A stretch of DNA of 64,000 bases from Paenibacillaceae bacterium. GTDB taxonomy: Bacteria > Bacillota > Clostridia > Lachnospirales > Lachnospiraceae. The position numbers and the translations under genes were made by a program. The DNA is taken from positions 849 through 64,848 of the forward strand of contig SVDU01000016.1 in NCBI GenBank assembly GCA_015057705.1, read 5' to 3'. The notes under the pieces are model-generated. The model was not told the origin of the DNA, did no database searches, and saw nothing but the letters and a program-made list of their open reading frames with translations. Positions within the stretch are counted from its first letter, which is position 1. Every line of letters begins with the position of its first letter. Below, piece by piece: positions 49,541 through 59,627 of the stretch.

Positions 49541-50323
49541 TTACAATGAATCAATTATTAAGGAATCCAGCTTGTCCACCCCATCCTTCCATGCCATGGA
49601 AATATCCTTATGTAAGGATAACGAAGGGCCTGACTTGGAGTAAAAATTCAGGGTACAGGTAAAATGTGTTCTGCAATTATGCATAACCCATCTGCATTTA
49701 TGGCTGTTTCCCAGCACTCTGCCATAAAACGCGGATAATTCCAGAATTGTATTCCGGCAATGTTCAAAGGACTCTCCCTGCTTTTCCAGAATAATATTCT
49801 TTATTATCTGAATCGCATCTTCCGCTTTCATTTGAGATAGATCCAGCTGATGCTCTGTAATAAATTTTTGAGCCAGCAAATCGTGTTCTTTAAACAGCTT
49901 AAAATCATCTTCTTCCCTGAAATAATCATTTTCCAATGGAGGTTTGGAAATTTTCTTAAAAAAATCCCGTCCATATTGTTTCAATATATCCGCATATGCT
50001 TCAATAGCAAGCTTATACTCCTTTAAAGTAGCACATGGAAAGCCATTCTCACTGCTGTCCGGCACAATATCCTGTATTCCATAACTGCTGCATCTGCCTG
50101 AATAAGAGTTAATCACCATAAACAGCCTTTTATCCCAGCCCCTGGTGTAAAACTCAACGACCAGCCTTGATGTCTCTCCCTTACTGTTTTTAAATTTTTT
50201 AATAAACCAGCAGCTATTTATATTTTCACCAGAGACAAATCCCATGGGAATTAAAACATTTCCGATAATCTCTCTTGTTATTTCCTTTTTAGTCATAAAT
50301 ATATTCTCCTTTGAAATAAGCAA
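49541..50323 (-). CDS. Hypothetical protein
   Basis: 260-aa ORF co-oriented with the MerR gene; no recognised motif. Confidence 0.65.
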   Translation of the reverse strand: MLISKENIFMTKKEITREIIGNVLIPMGFVSGENINSCWFIKKFKNSKGETSRLVVEFYTRGWDKRLFMVINSYSGRCSSYGIQDIVPDSSENGFPCATLKEYKLAIEAYADILKQYGRDFFKKISKPPLENDYFREEDDFKLFKEHDLLAQKFITEHQLDLSQMKAEDAIQIIKNIILEKQGESFEHCRNTILELSAFYGRVLGNSHKCRWVMHNCRTHFTCTLNFYSKSGPSLSLHKDISMAWKDGVDKLDSLIIDSL

Positions 50324-50675
50324 AACAGCGCAAGTATACGTTTAGAGAATGTTACTTTGGCTTTTATTATATAATACTTATCATGGCAAACACAAGGGAA
50401 TGCCGTTGAAAAAGTTACAATTATTAATAATTATATCCTTTAAGCTTATACCATGTTTCCTGCAAATACTCAACCAATAGGACGAAATTATACAAGTTAG
50501 GTTCCAAAATTGGCATGATGGTACGAAAAAAGGAGCCGGAAGGCCTCCACCGGAACCTTGGCAACAACAATTTCAACCTGTACTGGCAGAAGCATCATGT
50601 TTTGCTGATTTGACTCACTGCCCATTTTATGCTAGGATATGCTTATCAATTTAGAATCAGAAAGGATTTACCTAT

Positions 50676-50903
50676 ATGAATCTCATGAACCTTATGCAGC
50701 TGAAAGAGGCCTGGAGTATCTTTAAAAACAACCACCCTAAATTCCCCTTATTCTTAAAAGCAGCTTCGGAAAGCGCGTTAAAGGAAGGATCCATGATAGA
50801 AATCCATGTCACATCTCCGGAAGGGAAAACGCTGACTACCAACATGAAACTGAAAGCCTCAGATCTGGAGCTGATAGAACAGTTGAAATCATCTTTAAAA
50901 TAG
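50676..50903 (+). CDS. Small hypothetical protein
   Basis: RBS AAGGA; NHPKFPLFL...IEIHVTSPEGK; natural amino-acid composition. Confidence 0.7.
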   Translation: MNLMNLMQLKEAWSIFKNNHPKFPLFLKAASESALKEGSMIEIHVTSPEGKTLTTNMKLKASDLELIEQLKSSLK

Positions 50904-50993
50904 CAGGTTGTTGTTACTGGAAAGTTATGGTAGAATACTTTCAGGCCATGAAACATCTACCGTTTCAATGGCAAAACAGGAGGAGTAAAAGGC

Positions 50994-52004
50994 ATGAAAA
51001 AACTAATCAAAGTATTTGTTGCTGCCTCACTTCTGTCAATCTCTGTTGCATCTACCGCAATGGCAGGAACCTGGAAACAGGGTTCTGATGGCTGGCGGTG
51101 GAAGGAAGACGATCATACCTATACAGCATCTGCCTGGAAGTGGATCGATTCTGATAAAGACGGAATGGCGGAGTGCTACTATTTTAATGAAGACGGAATC
51201 CTGGTAACCAATACCATGACTCCTGATGGCCGTACTGTGAATGAAGACGGCGCATGGACTGAGGATGGCATCGTACGCTTAAGAGCGGCCAACCCTTCCG
51301 TAGCCGTTCAGATGAAGAAAAAGGGAGCTGTTCTTTACAAGGATGCAGATAAGAAAAGTTCTTCTTTACCAGGGCAGGATATCAACGCTGATATTGCCAT
51401 GAATTTATATTACGACTGGCTGCAGATTCCGGTTATTATGAATATGCAGATGAAATACCACGATATCAACACTCCCAGTATGGAGTTTTTATCCAACAGC
51501 ATGGTAAAGACTCTGGGCATGGAAAAGGTTGAGAGTTCTTTTTATACTGACGGCTGTTATTACTCCGATTCCAAAGACAGCGGAAAGTTTAAGATGAAAA
51601 TCGGATATGAGGATATGACAAAGCATCTCACTCTTGGAGGTCTTACCGGACAGTTTTGGGGATTTTTAGACAACGTGCAGATCGCACAGGATCAGAACGG
51701 TAACAGTGTCATGTTTTATACCACTGAGGCAGACGGTCTGGAACAGTATTTAACCAAATTCTACGATAAAGTATGGCCCACACTTTCCGATTCGGATTAT
51801 AAAATTACTGGCGTGACCGGAAAAGCAATTATCAATCCGGAAGGATACTTTTTCAAAGAACAGATCCTGATCTCCATGATTATTAACGAGGATGGAGATA
51901 CCATGGGACTGGATATGAGTGTAAATCTGGATTATAAAAATCCAGGGCAGGCTGTTGCAATCGCATTTCCTTCAAAGGACGGGTTTGAGGAAGTGGTATA
52001 TTAG
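50994..52004 (+). CDS. Secreted protein with cell-wall/choline-binding-type repeats
   Basis: Signal peptide, then GTWKQGSDGWRW, WKWID...CYYFNEDG, TPDGRTVNEDGAW. Confidence 0.8.
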   Translation: MKKLIKVFVAASLLSISVASTAMAGTWKQGSDGWRWKEDDHTYTASAWKWIDSDKDGMAECYYFNEDGILVTNTMTPDGRTVNEDGAWTEDGIVRLRAANPSVAVQMKKKGAVLYKDADKKSSSLPGQDINADIAMNLYYDWLQIPVIMNMQMKYHDINTPSMEFLSNSMVKTLGMEKVESSFYTDGCYYSDSKDSGKFKMKIGYEDMTKHLTLGGLTGQFWGFLDNVQIAQDQNGNSVMFYTTEADGLEQYLTKFYDKVWPTLSDSDYKITGVTGKAIINPEGYFFKEQILISMIINEDGDTMGLDMSVNLDYKNPGQAVAIAFPSKDGFEEVVY

Positions 52005-52052
52005 AAAAACGGAGGAAGCAGTTCACTTGAATGAACTGCTTCCTCCGTTTTT
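52005..52052. terminator. Bidirectional terminator between convergent genes
   Basis: 21-bp perfect stem AAAAACGGAGGAAGCAGTTCA/TGAACTGCTTCCTCCGTTTTT. Confidence 0.9.
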
Positions 52053-52116
52053 ATTTTTTCAAGATAACTTCACAGGCAGCCAGTACGCTGTAATCTTCGG
52101 TAGCTCACTGTCATTA

Positions 52117-53295
52117 TTACTCCCTTTTCACCGCAAAAAACCTCATAAGAACGATTACCAGAATCAGCGGAAAGATAATCGCAGAAAAAATTCCGATTTT
52201 TAAATTGCTGCCAAATAATCCCGATACAATTCCAACGAGGGTTGGTCCTCCAGAGCATCCAAGATCACCCCCCAGAGCCAGGAATGCGAACATGGCAGTA
52301 CCTCCGCCCCGAATGGAAGCAGCAGCCAGACTAAACGTCCCAGGCCACATAATTCCAACTGAAAAGCCGCAAAGTCCGCATCCAATCAGTCCCAATACCG
52401 GATTAGGAGCACAGGTAATCAAAAGATAAGATGCCATACAAAGAACACCGCTGGCAGCCATGACTTTTTTCAGTTCCCATCTTTCCCCATACTGTCCATA
52501 GACAGCTCTTGATATCCCCATCATAAGTGCAAACAGCATGGGACCCGAAAGATCTCCAATGGTCTTCGTTACACCCAGCCCCTCTTCCGCAAAGGCAGAT
52601 GCCCACTGACTCACTGCCTGTTCACTTGCTCCCGAGCAGACCATAAGAAGTAAAAAGACCCAGAACAGCTTGTTTCCAATCAATGCGGCAAAGGACATAC
52701 CTTCCTCCCCTTTTGAAAGAGAAGCAATGGGCACACGGAAAAATAAAACCATGCATACAGCCGGCACAATTGCCCAGAAAACCGCCAGTATCTTCCAGTT
52801 GCCGATTCCGAATAACCGGAAAAATAAGGTTGAAATCAGAACAACTCCCACATGCCCCCAGCAATAGAAGGAATGGAGCATACTCATGGCTTTTTCTTTA
52901 TTATCTGTGGGACACGCTTCCACAATGGGACTGACAAGAACTTCCAAAAGCCCCCCGCCGATGGCATAAATAATAACTGCCAGCAAAAGCCCAATCCATG
53001 AAACAGAAACAATTCCCGGCAAAACTGTGAGAAGAATCAGCCCTGCTGCTGCCATAAGGTGTGCGGTAATCATGGTAATCCGGTATCCCACCCGATCTAT
53101 CACCCCAGCCGATAAAAGATCCACCAGCAGCTGAACACCAAAATTTACTGTAACAAGAAGCGTAATTCTGGATAGTGATATTCCATACTCCCATTGAAAA
53201 TGCAGAAACAAAAGCGGAACAAAATTATTGACAATCGCCTGGACAATATAGCTTAGAAAGCAGGCATAAACAGTACTTTTATAATTTTCCTTCAC
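52117..53295 (-). CDS. MFS transporter
   Basis: About 12 TM helices; GTG start with GGAGG RBS; GASEQAVSQW. Confidence 0.85.
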   Translation of the reverse strand: MKENYKSTVYACFLSYIVQAIVNNFVPLLFLHFQWEYGISLSRITLLVTVNFGVQLLVDLLSAGVIDRVGYRITMITAHLMAAAGLILLTVLPGIVSVSWIGLLLAVIIYAIGGGLLEVLVSPIVEACPTDNKEKAMSMLHSFYCWGHVGVVLISTLFFRLFGIGNWKILAVFWAIVPAVCMVLFFRVPIASLSKGEEGMSFAALIGNKLFWVFLLLMVCSGASEQAVSQWASAFAEEGLGVTKTIGDLSGPMLFALMMGISRAVYGQYGERWELKKVMAASGVLCMASYLLITCAPNPVLGLIGCGLCGFSVGIMWPGTFSLAAASIRGGGTAMFAFLALGGDLGCSGGPTLVGIVSGLFGSNLKIGIFSAIIFPLILVIVLMRFFAVKRE

Positions 53296-53411
53296 GTATT
53301 CGGCCCTCCCCTGTAATATGATTGTATTATACTGCAGTTGGTAATTCAAATCTTGCAATTTACCGCCAGCTTATGGTACAATTTAGCCGATCACAAAAAG
53401 GAGAACGCTCT

Positions 53412-54422
53412 ATGCAAAGCACAAAAATACTGACCGACGAATCCATGATGGAGCTGGTCTCCCATGGTTTTGCAGACTTTCCGTTTCAATACTATTACGA
53501 AGATGTGGGAAAGTTTGACAACCGCTGCATTGACTGGCACTGGCACCGGGAATTTGAACTGGTATCTGTGACCGAAGGAATGGTACATTGTTCCATCGGA
53601 AACATTCATTACATACTGGAACCCGGCGACGGTGTCTTTATTAATTCCGGTGTTATGCACCGTTTTTTATCAACCGGAACAGCAATTATACCAAACGTAC
53701 TGTTTGCTCCGGAATTTATAGCCCGGGAAGGAAGCTCTATTTATGAAAAATTCATTGCTCCCTTTTTATTTTCCGGCATATCCCACTTTGTATTAAGGGG
53801 GAGAAATCCATGGCAGAGCCATTTACTTACCATTCTGTCTGACTTATACAAGCTATGTGAAGATCAGACAGAGACCTGGGAGCTTAATGCACATGCACTG
53901 GTCTGCCAGATCTGGTCCATCCTGTTTTTACACAGGGAGGAATTTGCCACCATGGAAAACGCAGGCGTCAACCGCCTTTCCCAGGCCCGTTTCAAACGGA
54001 TGACCCGTTTTATTGAGCAAAACTATGAAAAGAGACTGACTCTGGAAGACATCGCCCAATCGGTGGGAGTCAGCAAAAGAGAGGCACTCCGCTGTTTCCA
54101 GTGTTCCGTACCTCTCTCTCCAATTGAATATTTAAATAAATACCGGTTAAATCAAGCCAAAACCCTGCTTCTTCACACAGACCGTTCCATCACTGATATC
54201 GCAGAAAGCACCGGTTTTGAAAGCACCAGCTATTTCGACCGGCTATACAAACGGGAGTATCACATGACCCCCGGCCGCCACAGATCCGCTTTTGTGCAGG
54301 CAAATGCCAAAAAAAATGATACCGGTCAGGCTTCTTCTCAAAAGAACGCCGAGAAAAAAGAGCAGGAAATACAACAGAACCAGGATAAAACAGATTTCAC
54401 CTGCCAACCGGTATCTGACTAA
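53412..54422 (+). CDS. AraC family regulator with cupin domain (C-terminal read-through extension)
   Basis: DWHWHREFE cupin; GFESTSYFDRLYKREYHMTP HTH; divergent from the MFS gene. Confidence 0.88.
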   Translation: MQSTKILTDESMMELVSHGFADFPFQYYYEDVGKFDNRCIDWHWHREFELVSVTEGMVHCSIGNIHYILEPGDGVFINSGVMHRFLSTGTAIIPNVLFAPEFIAREGSSIYEKFIAPFLFSGISHFVLRGRNPWQSHLLTILSDLYKLCEDQTETWELNAHALVCQIWSILFLHREEFATMENAGVNRLSQARFKRMTRFIEQNYEKRLTLEDIAQSVGVSKREALRCFQCSVPLSPIEYLNKYRLNQAKTLLLHTDRSITDIAESTGFESTSYFDRLYKREYHMTPGRHRSAFVQANAKKNDTGQASSQKNAEKKEQEIQQNQDKTDFTCQPVSD

Positions 54423-54530
54423 TCGGATTCCTTTTGCCCATTTATAAAAATAATAGGATATTAAGCCAATTCCCATGGATCCCACCAGAATCGGCATCCA
54501 TGCCATGAAAAGAAGAATAAGATTCATTGT
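54243..54530 (-). CDS. Small membrane protein overlapping the AraC 3' end
   Basis: MNLILLFMAWMPILVGSMGIGLISYYFYKW...ICFILVLLYFLLFFLGVLL, two hydrophobic helices; RBS GAGGAG upstream. Confidence 0.45.
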   Translation of the reverse strand, partial: TMNLILLFMAWMPILVGSMGIGLISYYFYKWAKGIRLVRYRLAGEICFILVLLYFLLFFLGVLLRRSLTGIIFFGICLHKSGSVAAGGHVILPFV

Positions 54531-54593
54531 ACTACGCTCCGGCACTTTCTCCTCTTATCTTCCCCTCTTTATGCCTTAATAATCCAGTTTCTG

Positions 54594-55241
54594 TCAGAAT
54601 TGCTTTTTCTTCATGATTTTGACAGAAATAAAATAAGATACAAAAACTGCTGCCAGACTGATGATTGGCACAGCTGCTATCACCAGTCCTGGTGATAATG
54701 ATGCTGCAGCGGTTGATAAAAAATCTATTTGAAGTGTCTTTGCCGCCTTTATCATAACGAAACCAGCGGCAAAGATTGCTCCAATCATAGATATCAGAAC
54801 AACTCTTCCCTTTTCTGCACCGAATTTCAACTGAACAGGAACAACCACTGCCAAAAACAAAAGAGAGATAAAAAGATACAAAAACGCCATTCCCACAAGT
54901 TCACCTGCACCTGCTCTTCCCCTGAAAAAATTCATGGAAACCGCAAATACTGTCACTACAATCCAGGCAAAGCCTCCCGTCACAAGGCCAAATACATATT
55001 TTTCTGCCGCATATTGATTCCTGGTAATTGGAAGGGTGAATAAAAAGGCATATCCATTGTCAAATTCATCGTAACTGATGGAACTTAGTGTAAACAGAGA
55101 AAAAATCATTGTCACATAATTAATCACAAAAACAGAATTAAAATCTGCCAGAAGCATTCCCGCTGACATCAGGAAGAAAAGCAGGAAAAAACGCTGCTGG
55201 TTTTTCAACAAAAGTAAATCTTTTATCAACAACCCTTTCAT
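54594..55241 (-). CDS. ABC-2 type permease
   Basis: MKGLLIKDL, FLFTLPITRNQYAAEKY, KFGAEKGR. Confidence 0.88.
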   Translation of the reverse strand: MKGLLIKDLLLLKNQQRFFLLFFLMSAGMLLADFNSVFVINYVTMIFSLFTLSSISYDEFDNGYAFLFTLPITRNQYAAEKYVFGLVTGGFAWIVVTVFAVSMNFFRGRAGAGELVGMAFLYLFISLLFLAVVVPVQLKFGAEKGRVVLISMIGAIFAAGFVMIKAAKTLQIDFLSTAAASLSPGLVIAAVPIISLAAVFVSYFISVKIMKKKQF

Positions 55242-56092
55242 ATCCGTTCCCCCCTTATCATCATGGTAATCACTTCATCAACATTTCCCTTTTCCATTAC
55301 AATATCCGGCTGGCTTTCCCGGTAAAATCCAATTTTATCGGTAAGAAGACGATATCCGTAAGATTCTTTTTTCCTGCGAAGAATATATCTTTTATCCAGC
55401 TTCTGTTCTTGTTCTTCTGTTACTTTTAAAAGACCATAACTTCCTAAAAGTACATCCGTCTCTTCATGCAAAACAATATATCCATGGTCAATCAGATAAA
55501 GATCATCACAAAGCTGCTCTAAATCCGTTGAAATATGTGAACTGATCAAGATGGATCGATCCCCCGGCTCCATATACTCCCGAATAGTATCAAGCAGCTC
55601 CTCTCTGGCAAGGACATCAAGTCCCGCGGTAGGTTCATCCAGTATAAGCAGTTTGGCCTCATGAGACATGGCAGCCAATACTCTCACTTTGGCCTTCATT
55701 CCTGCAGAAAGATCTTTTCCCCTCTTATTCAGGGGCAGACCAGATTCTTTGCATTTTTTTAAAAACCTGTCCTGATCAAACAACTGATACATATTTTTCA
55801 TAATTTTAGCAATATCCTGAATTGTTAAATACCCGCTGAATCCAGAGTCTGCCAGAACCACTCCCATATTCTGTCTGTCCTTCAGGGATAACTGACTAAA
55901 CGGCTTATCAAATATCTTCACTTCACCCTGATCTAAGGTAATAAGCCCCAGAGCCGATTTAAACAACGTGGTTTTTCCTGCACCATTGGTTCCAATCAGT
56001 CCGGTTATATATCCTGGCTCCAGTTTAAGAGAACAGTTCAGCGTAAAGTCTCCATACGTTTTCTGAATATTTTCCATTTCTAACAACATCAT
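55238..56092 (-). CDS. ABC transporter ATP-binding protein
   Basis: GTNGAGKT, LSAGMK, LDEPTAGLD. Confidence 0.92.
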   Translation of the reverse strand: MMLLEMENIQKTYGDFTLNCSLKLEPGYITGLIGTNGAGKTTLFKSALGLITLDQGEVKIFDKPFSQLSLKDRQNMGVVLADSGFSGYLTIQDIAKIMKNMYQLFDQDRFLKKCKESGLPLNKRGKDLSAGMKAKVRVLAAMSHEAKLLILDEPTAGLDVLAREELLDTIREYMEPGDRSILISSHISTDLEQLCDDLYLIDHGYIVLHEETDVLLGSYGLLKVTEEQEQKLDKRYILRRKKESYGYRLLTDKIGFYRESQPDIVMEKGNVDEVITMMIRGERI

Positions 56093-56463
56093 TAATCCTC
56101 CAAAATCAAATAAAACAAATCCGTCAGTTCCTCATCCTTCATTCCGCAGCTCCTGCCCTTACGGATTGCCGATTCCAGTTCGGCCTCAACCTCTTTTTTC
56201 TTTTCTTCCAGCATGAATTCCTGGCTGGCGTAAGCGATAAAGCTTCCTTTTCCATGAACAGTAACAATAAAACCCTCCTGTTCCAGAATGTCATATGACT
56301 TTTTAACTGTTAAAGCACTGATGCGCAGTTCTTTTGCCAGAGTACGCACCGATGGCAGATTTTCTCCTTCTTTTAACGTTCCCTGCATAACACCGACCTT
56401 AATCTGCTCCGTAATCTGGTCATACAGGGGCTGCATGGATGAATTATTTATTATTATTTTCAT
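56092..56463 (-). CDS. GntR family regulator (YtrA subfamily)
   Basis: PLYDQI, LPSVRTLAKELRISALTVKKSY, GKGSFI. Confidence 0.9.
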   Translation of the reverse strand: MKIIINNSSMQPLYDQITEQIKVGVMQGTLKEGENLPSVRTLAKELRISALTVKKSYDILEQEGFIVTVHGKGSFIAYASQEFMLEEKKKEVEAELESAIRKGRSCGMKDEELTDLFYLILED

Positions 56464-56477
56464 TTCACCCCTCCTTG

Positions 56478-56530
56478 ACAAACAGTATATAACAGTATAT
56501 TACTGTTGTCAACTGTTATATACTGTTTGT
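56478..56530. promoter_or_regulatory. YtrA-type operator: 18-bp perfect inverted repeat
   Basis: ACAAACAGTATATAACAG-N17-CTGTTATATACTGTTTGT directly upstream of the GntR start. Confidence 0.8.
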
Positions 56531-56646
56531 TTCAACATGAATTATATTTGTGAAATAGATTATTTATCCAGCGAATACTTAAAATATGTGTAGTTTTGTA
56601 AATTATGGTATAATAAGTTCCGTTAAAACCAGGAAGGAGAAAATAT

Positions 56647-56796
56647 ATGAATCTATGTATCAGCAAAATTACAGAAGAAGAAATTGAAATATTACCTGAG
56701 CTATTACGTGAAAAAGCAAATTGGCCTGTTTATATGAATTATCGCTTGAAAAACAGGATGAAGAACCAATATAAAAAAAAGATACACAGTCTATAA
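56647..56796 (+). CDS. 49-aa ORF, possibly a gene remnant
   Basis: RBS AGGAG; MNLCISKITEEEIEILPELLREKANWPVYMNYRLKNRMKNQYKKKIHSL*. Confidence 0.4.
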   Translation: MNLCISKITEEEIEILPELLREKANWPVYMNYRLKNRMKNQYKKKIHSL

Positions 56797-56828
56797 GGGC
56801 GATGGTTCCCTACTGTGTATCCTTTTTT
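56773..56828. terminator. Bidirectional terminator after MCP gene
   Basis: GATACACAGT...ACTGTGTATC stem flanked by A and T runs. Confidence 0.7.
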
Positions 56829-56848
56829 CTAACCTGACTTCAGGTAAT

Positions 56849-58525
56849 TCAGATTTTTAGCTGAAACTGGCCGATTAAGTCCTTCAGGTTCTGAGCCTGC
56901 CCTGCAAGTTCCTCGCTGGAGGCGGAATTCTCTTCTGCAGAAGCCGCATTGTTATCTACTTCCATGGAGATTTTACCGATTCCATGTTCAATCATTTTTA
57001 CGGAATCCGCCTGATCTAAGGAAGCCTGTGCAATACTGCGTACCTTATCCATGATCTGGCTGCTTTCTTTTGCCACGCCGTTTAAATTACCGGCTGCCCG
57101 GTCCGCTATAACAGTTCCTTCTTCCACTGCTTTTAAAGATGCTTCGATTAAGTCGGAGGAATTCTTTGCGGCCTCTTTACTCTGACTTGCTAAAAGACTG
57201 ACCTGACCAGCTACCACAGCAAATCCTTTTCCTGCTTCTCCGGCTCTTGCTGCTTCGATTGAGGCGTTTAATGCCAGAAGATTGGTCTGCATGGCAATAT
57301 CATCAATGGTTACAATCATCTTGCTGATTTCCTGAGATGTCTTCTTAATGGTGCTCATGGCAGAAACCATTTCCTGCATATTCTGATTTTCTGTTGAAAT
57401 ATCCCGGGCAATCCGTTCCATCTCTAACTGAATTTCATTGGTCAGCTTGGCATTTTCATCAATCTGTTCTGTAATATGTGTAACTGACTCGGACAATCTT
57501 CCTGCAATTCCTGCCTGGTTTTCGGCCCCAACTGCCAGAAAACGGGCTGATTCAGATATCTGGCTGGAACCGTCTGATACCTGATTGGCTGCCTCATTAA
57601 TTTCTTCAAAACTTCTTGAAATCTTTTCTGTAAAACAATGAAGAGACGATTCAATATTTTTAAAATCGCCGATGAATTCACTGTTAAAATCCACATTGAA
57701 ATTACCGCCCGCCATCTGTTCCATGGCACAATCAATTTCCATAATATAGCTGCGGATCTTCTCCATGGATTCCCGTAAGCTCATGGCCGCCTGACCGATT
57801 TCATCTTCTGATTCGTAAGCAATGGCCGTATGTAAATTACCTTTGGCAAACTCTCCAGCTGCATCCTGTATCTCTTTTAATGGAACAGCAATGGACTTGG
57901 TCAGACGATTTCCCATGAGAAGTGCAATAATCAGAGAGATCAGAGAGAAAAATGCCAGAAATGCTGTGGCAGCATTCTCAACGCTCTGACTGTTTGTATA
58001 TTTTGCAAGAGCGGCTTCATCCGCCTGGGAACCGGTTTTATCCAGTGCATCCGCCAGTACTTCTGAAACATCATTAAAGGTCGTCTGGTAATACTCCACG
58101 GCTCCTTTTGTATCTCCCTTTTCCAGCATAGAAAGCAGAACTCCGGTATCTTTCTGGAAATCGTTAAAAGCCTGGTCCAATGTTTCTCCTGACTGTTTAT
58201 CCTTCAGATTCTCTTTGATAACAGCAATATATTTTACAATTTTCTCGAATCTTCCTTCTATTTCTTTTTTTTGCTCTGCAGTAACAGAAGCATCATCCCG
58301 AATGGCAGCCCAAAGAATTCGTTTATTAATGGTCTGTACATCCTTACGGATCTCCATCTGTTTTTTCGTTGTTTCATATTGGATTTTGTAAAATGTTGAC
58401 ATGTTGTTCCCAATGCTGCGAAAACTGATCAGCGAAAATACTGAAGAAAGAAAAATAATAAAAACCAGAATTGCAAATACCCGTTTCAGCCTTGTTGAAA
58501 TACTTAATTTTCCTGATTTTTTCAT
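56849..58525 (-). CDS. Methyl-accepting chemotaxis protein (4HB sensor, HAMP)
   Basis: Two TMs; [30 protein letters not shown]. Confidence 0.95.
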   Translation of the reverse strand: MKKSGKLSISTRLKRVFAILVFIIFLSSVFSLISFRSIGNNMSTFYKIQYETTKKQMEIRKDVQTINKRILWAAIRDDASVTAEQKKEIEGRFEKIVKYIAVIKENLKDKQSGETLDQAFNDFQKDTGVLLSMLEKGDTKGAVEYYQTTFNDVSEVLADALDKTGSQADEAALAKYTNSQSVENAATAFLAFFSLISLIIALLMGNRLTKSIAVPLKEIQDAAGEFAKGNLHTAIAYESEDEIGQAAMSLRESMEKIRSYIMEIDCAMEQMAGGNFNVDFNSEFIGDFKNIESSLHCFTEKISRSFEEINEAANQVSDGSSQISESARFLAVGAENQAGIAGRLSESVTHITEQIDENAKLTNEIQLEMERIARDISTENQNMQEMVSAMSTIKKTSQEISKMIVTIDDIAMQTNLLALNASIEAARAGEAGKGFAVVAGQVSLLASQSKEAAKNSSDLIEASLKAVEEGTVIADRAAGNLNGVAKESSQIMDKVRSIAQASLDQADSVKMIEHGIGKISMEVDNNAASAEENSASSEELAGQAQNLKDLIGQFQLKI

Positions 58526-58659
58526 CTCTAGTCCCCACTTTCGATTTGTTATTTTGTTTCTAATTCTATTATAACAATCCGTCTTCTCAATGCCAACTTA
58601 ATATTTGTTCAGAATAATAGCTGTAACCTTAATAAATTGTAAGATTACAGCTATCTTCA

Positions 58660-59553
58660 TTATAAATCGTATTCAAAACTAACGGAATTACTGGAGAGAT
58701 CAAATATCATGTTCTCCCCTTTATACAACAAAAACCTTCCACGAAGCAGATGCTCTTCCTTAATAAAGCGGCTCATCTCTCCCTGAACTGGCGCCCGCAG
58801 TTTATGAGCAAACCGTTTCTCATCCTTTCTGCTTTGATTGGAAAGAAATACTTTCAAAACACAGGCTCCCTGTTTTATAATGACTGCCGTCTCCCGTTTG
58901 CTCACCACTCTGGCTCCCAGGTAAGTGGCAAACCGGTATTCTTTTCCCTGATACATGACTACACAGATACAGCCCTCAAACCGGAGTCCCAGCCAAGGGA
59001 TTTTGGCTACGGAAACCATGATGGAGGCATTTTCTGAAAATGCATTGCACTGAATCCACAGGTAGCTCTCAGGAAATGATGACCCTCTGTCTCCTTCTAT
59101 ATATCCCATTCCCCCAACAAAGTCCACTACATCGCCGTTTAGTTTCACCTTTCCGGACAGTCTGTGGGACATGCTGATGATCTCATGTTTGCATTCCATA
59201 AAAGGCATGTACTGAAATGGGCCCATAATGGGATACTGGATTGGGGTAATGGGTCCAAAACGAACAATTCCTTTTAATGAAATGTCCTCGGTCTTTATAT
59301 CCAGCCTGACGCCCCTGCGGGAAAAGATATTATTACCCAGTATAATCCTTTTTTGATTCCAGTCAATAAAAAAATCCTCTTCTTTAAATTCCAGCCAGCA
59401 GGCGTTTTCATTCCATATGACCTGTAAAAATGGAAGGCGTTTTCCTGTTCCATCTCTTATAAGCCCTGGAATCAGAGCCAGAACGGTGTTTCCACACTGC
59501 ATCTTAAAATACCATCCGATAAAGAATTTCCCTTTGGTTTTCCCTTCTGCCAT
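58660..59553 (-). CDS. Tocopherol cyclase family protein
   Basis: FFIGWYFK, IMGPF, CKHEIISM, GYIEGDRGSSFPESYLWIQCN. Confidence 0.75.
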   Translation of the reverse strand: MAEGKTKGKFFIGWYFKMQCGNTVLALIPGLIRDGTGKRLPFLQVIWNENACWLEFKEEDFFIDWNQKRIILGNNIFSRRGVRLDIKTEDISLKGIVRFGPITPIQYPIMGPFQYMPFMECKHEIISMSHRLSGKVKLNGDVVDFVGGMGYIEGDRGSSFPESYLWIQCNAFSENASIMVSVAKIPWLGLRFEGCICVVMYQGKEYRFATYLGARVVSKRETAVIIKQGACVLKVFLSNQSRKDEKRFAHKLRAPVQGEMSRFIKEEHLLRGRFLLYKGENMIFDLSSNSVSFEYDL

Positions 59554-59627
59554 TTACCAGACCCCTCCTGTGTCCATTATTTAATCATATGGTTGCCAGG
59601 AATGGGAAAACGTAGTCAGGAAATATA

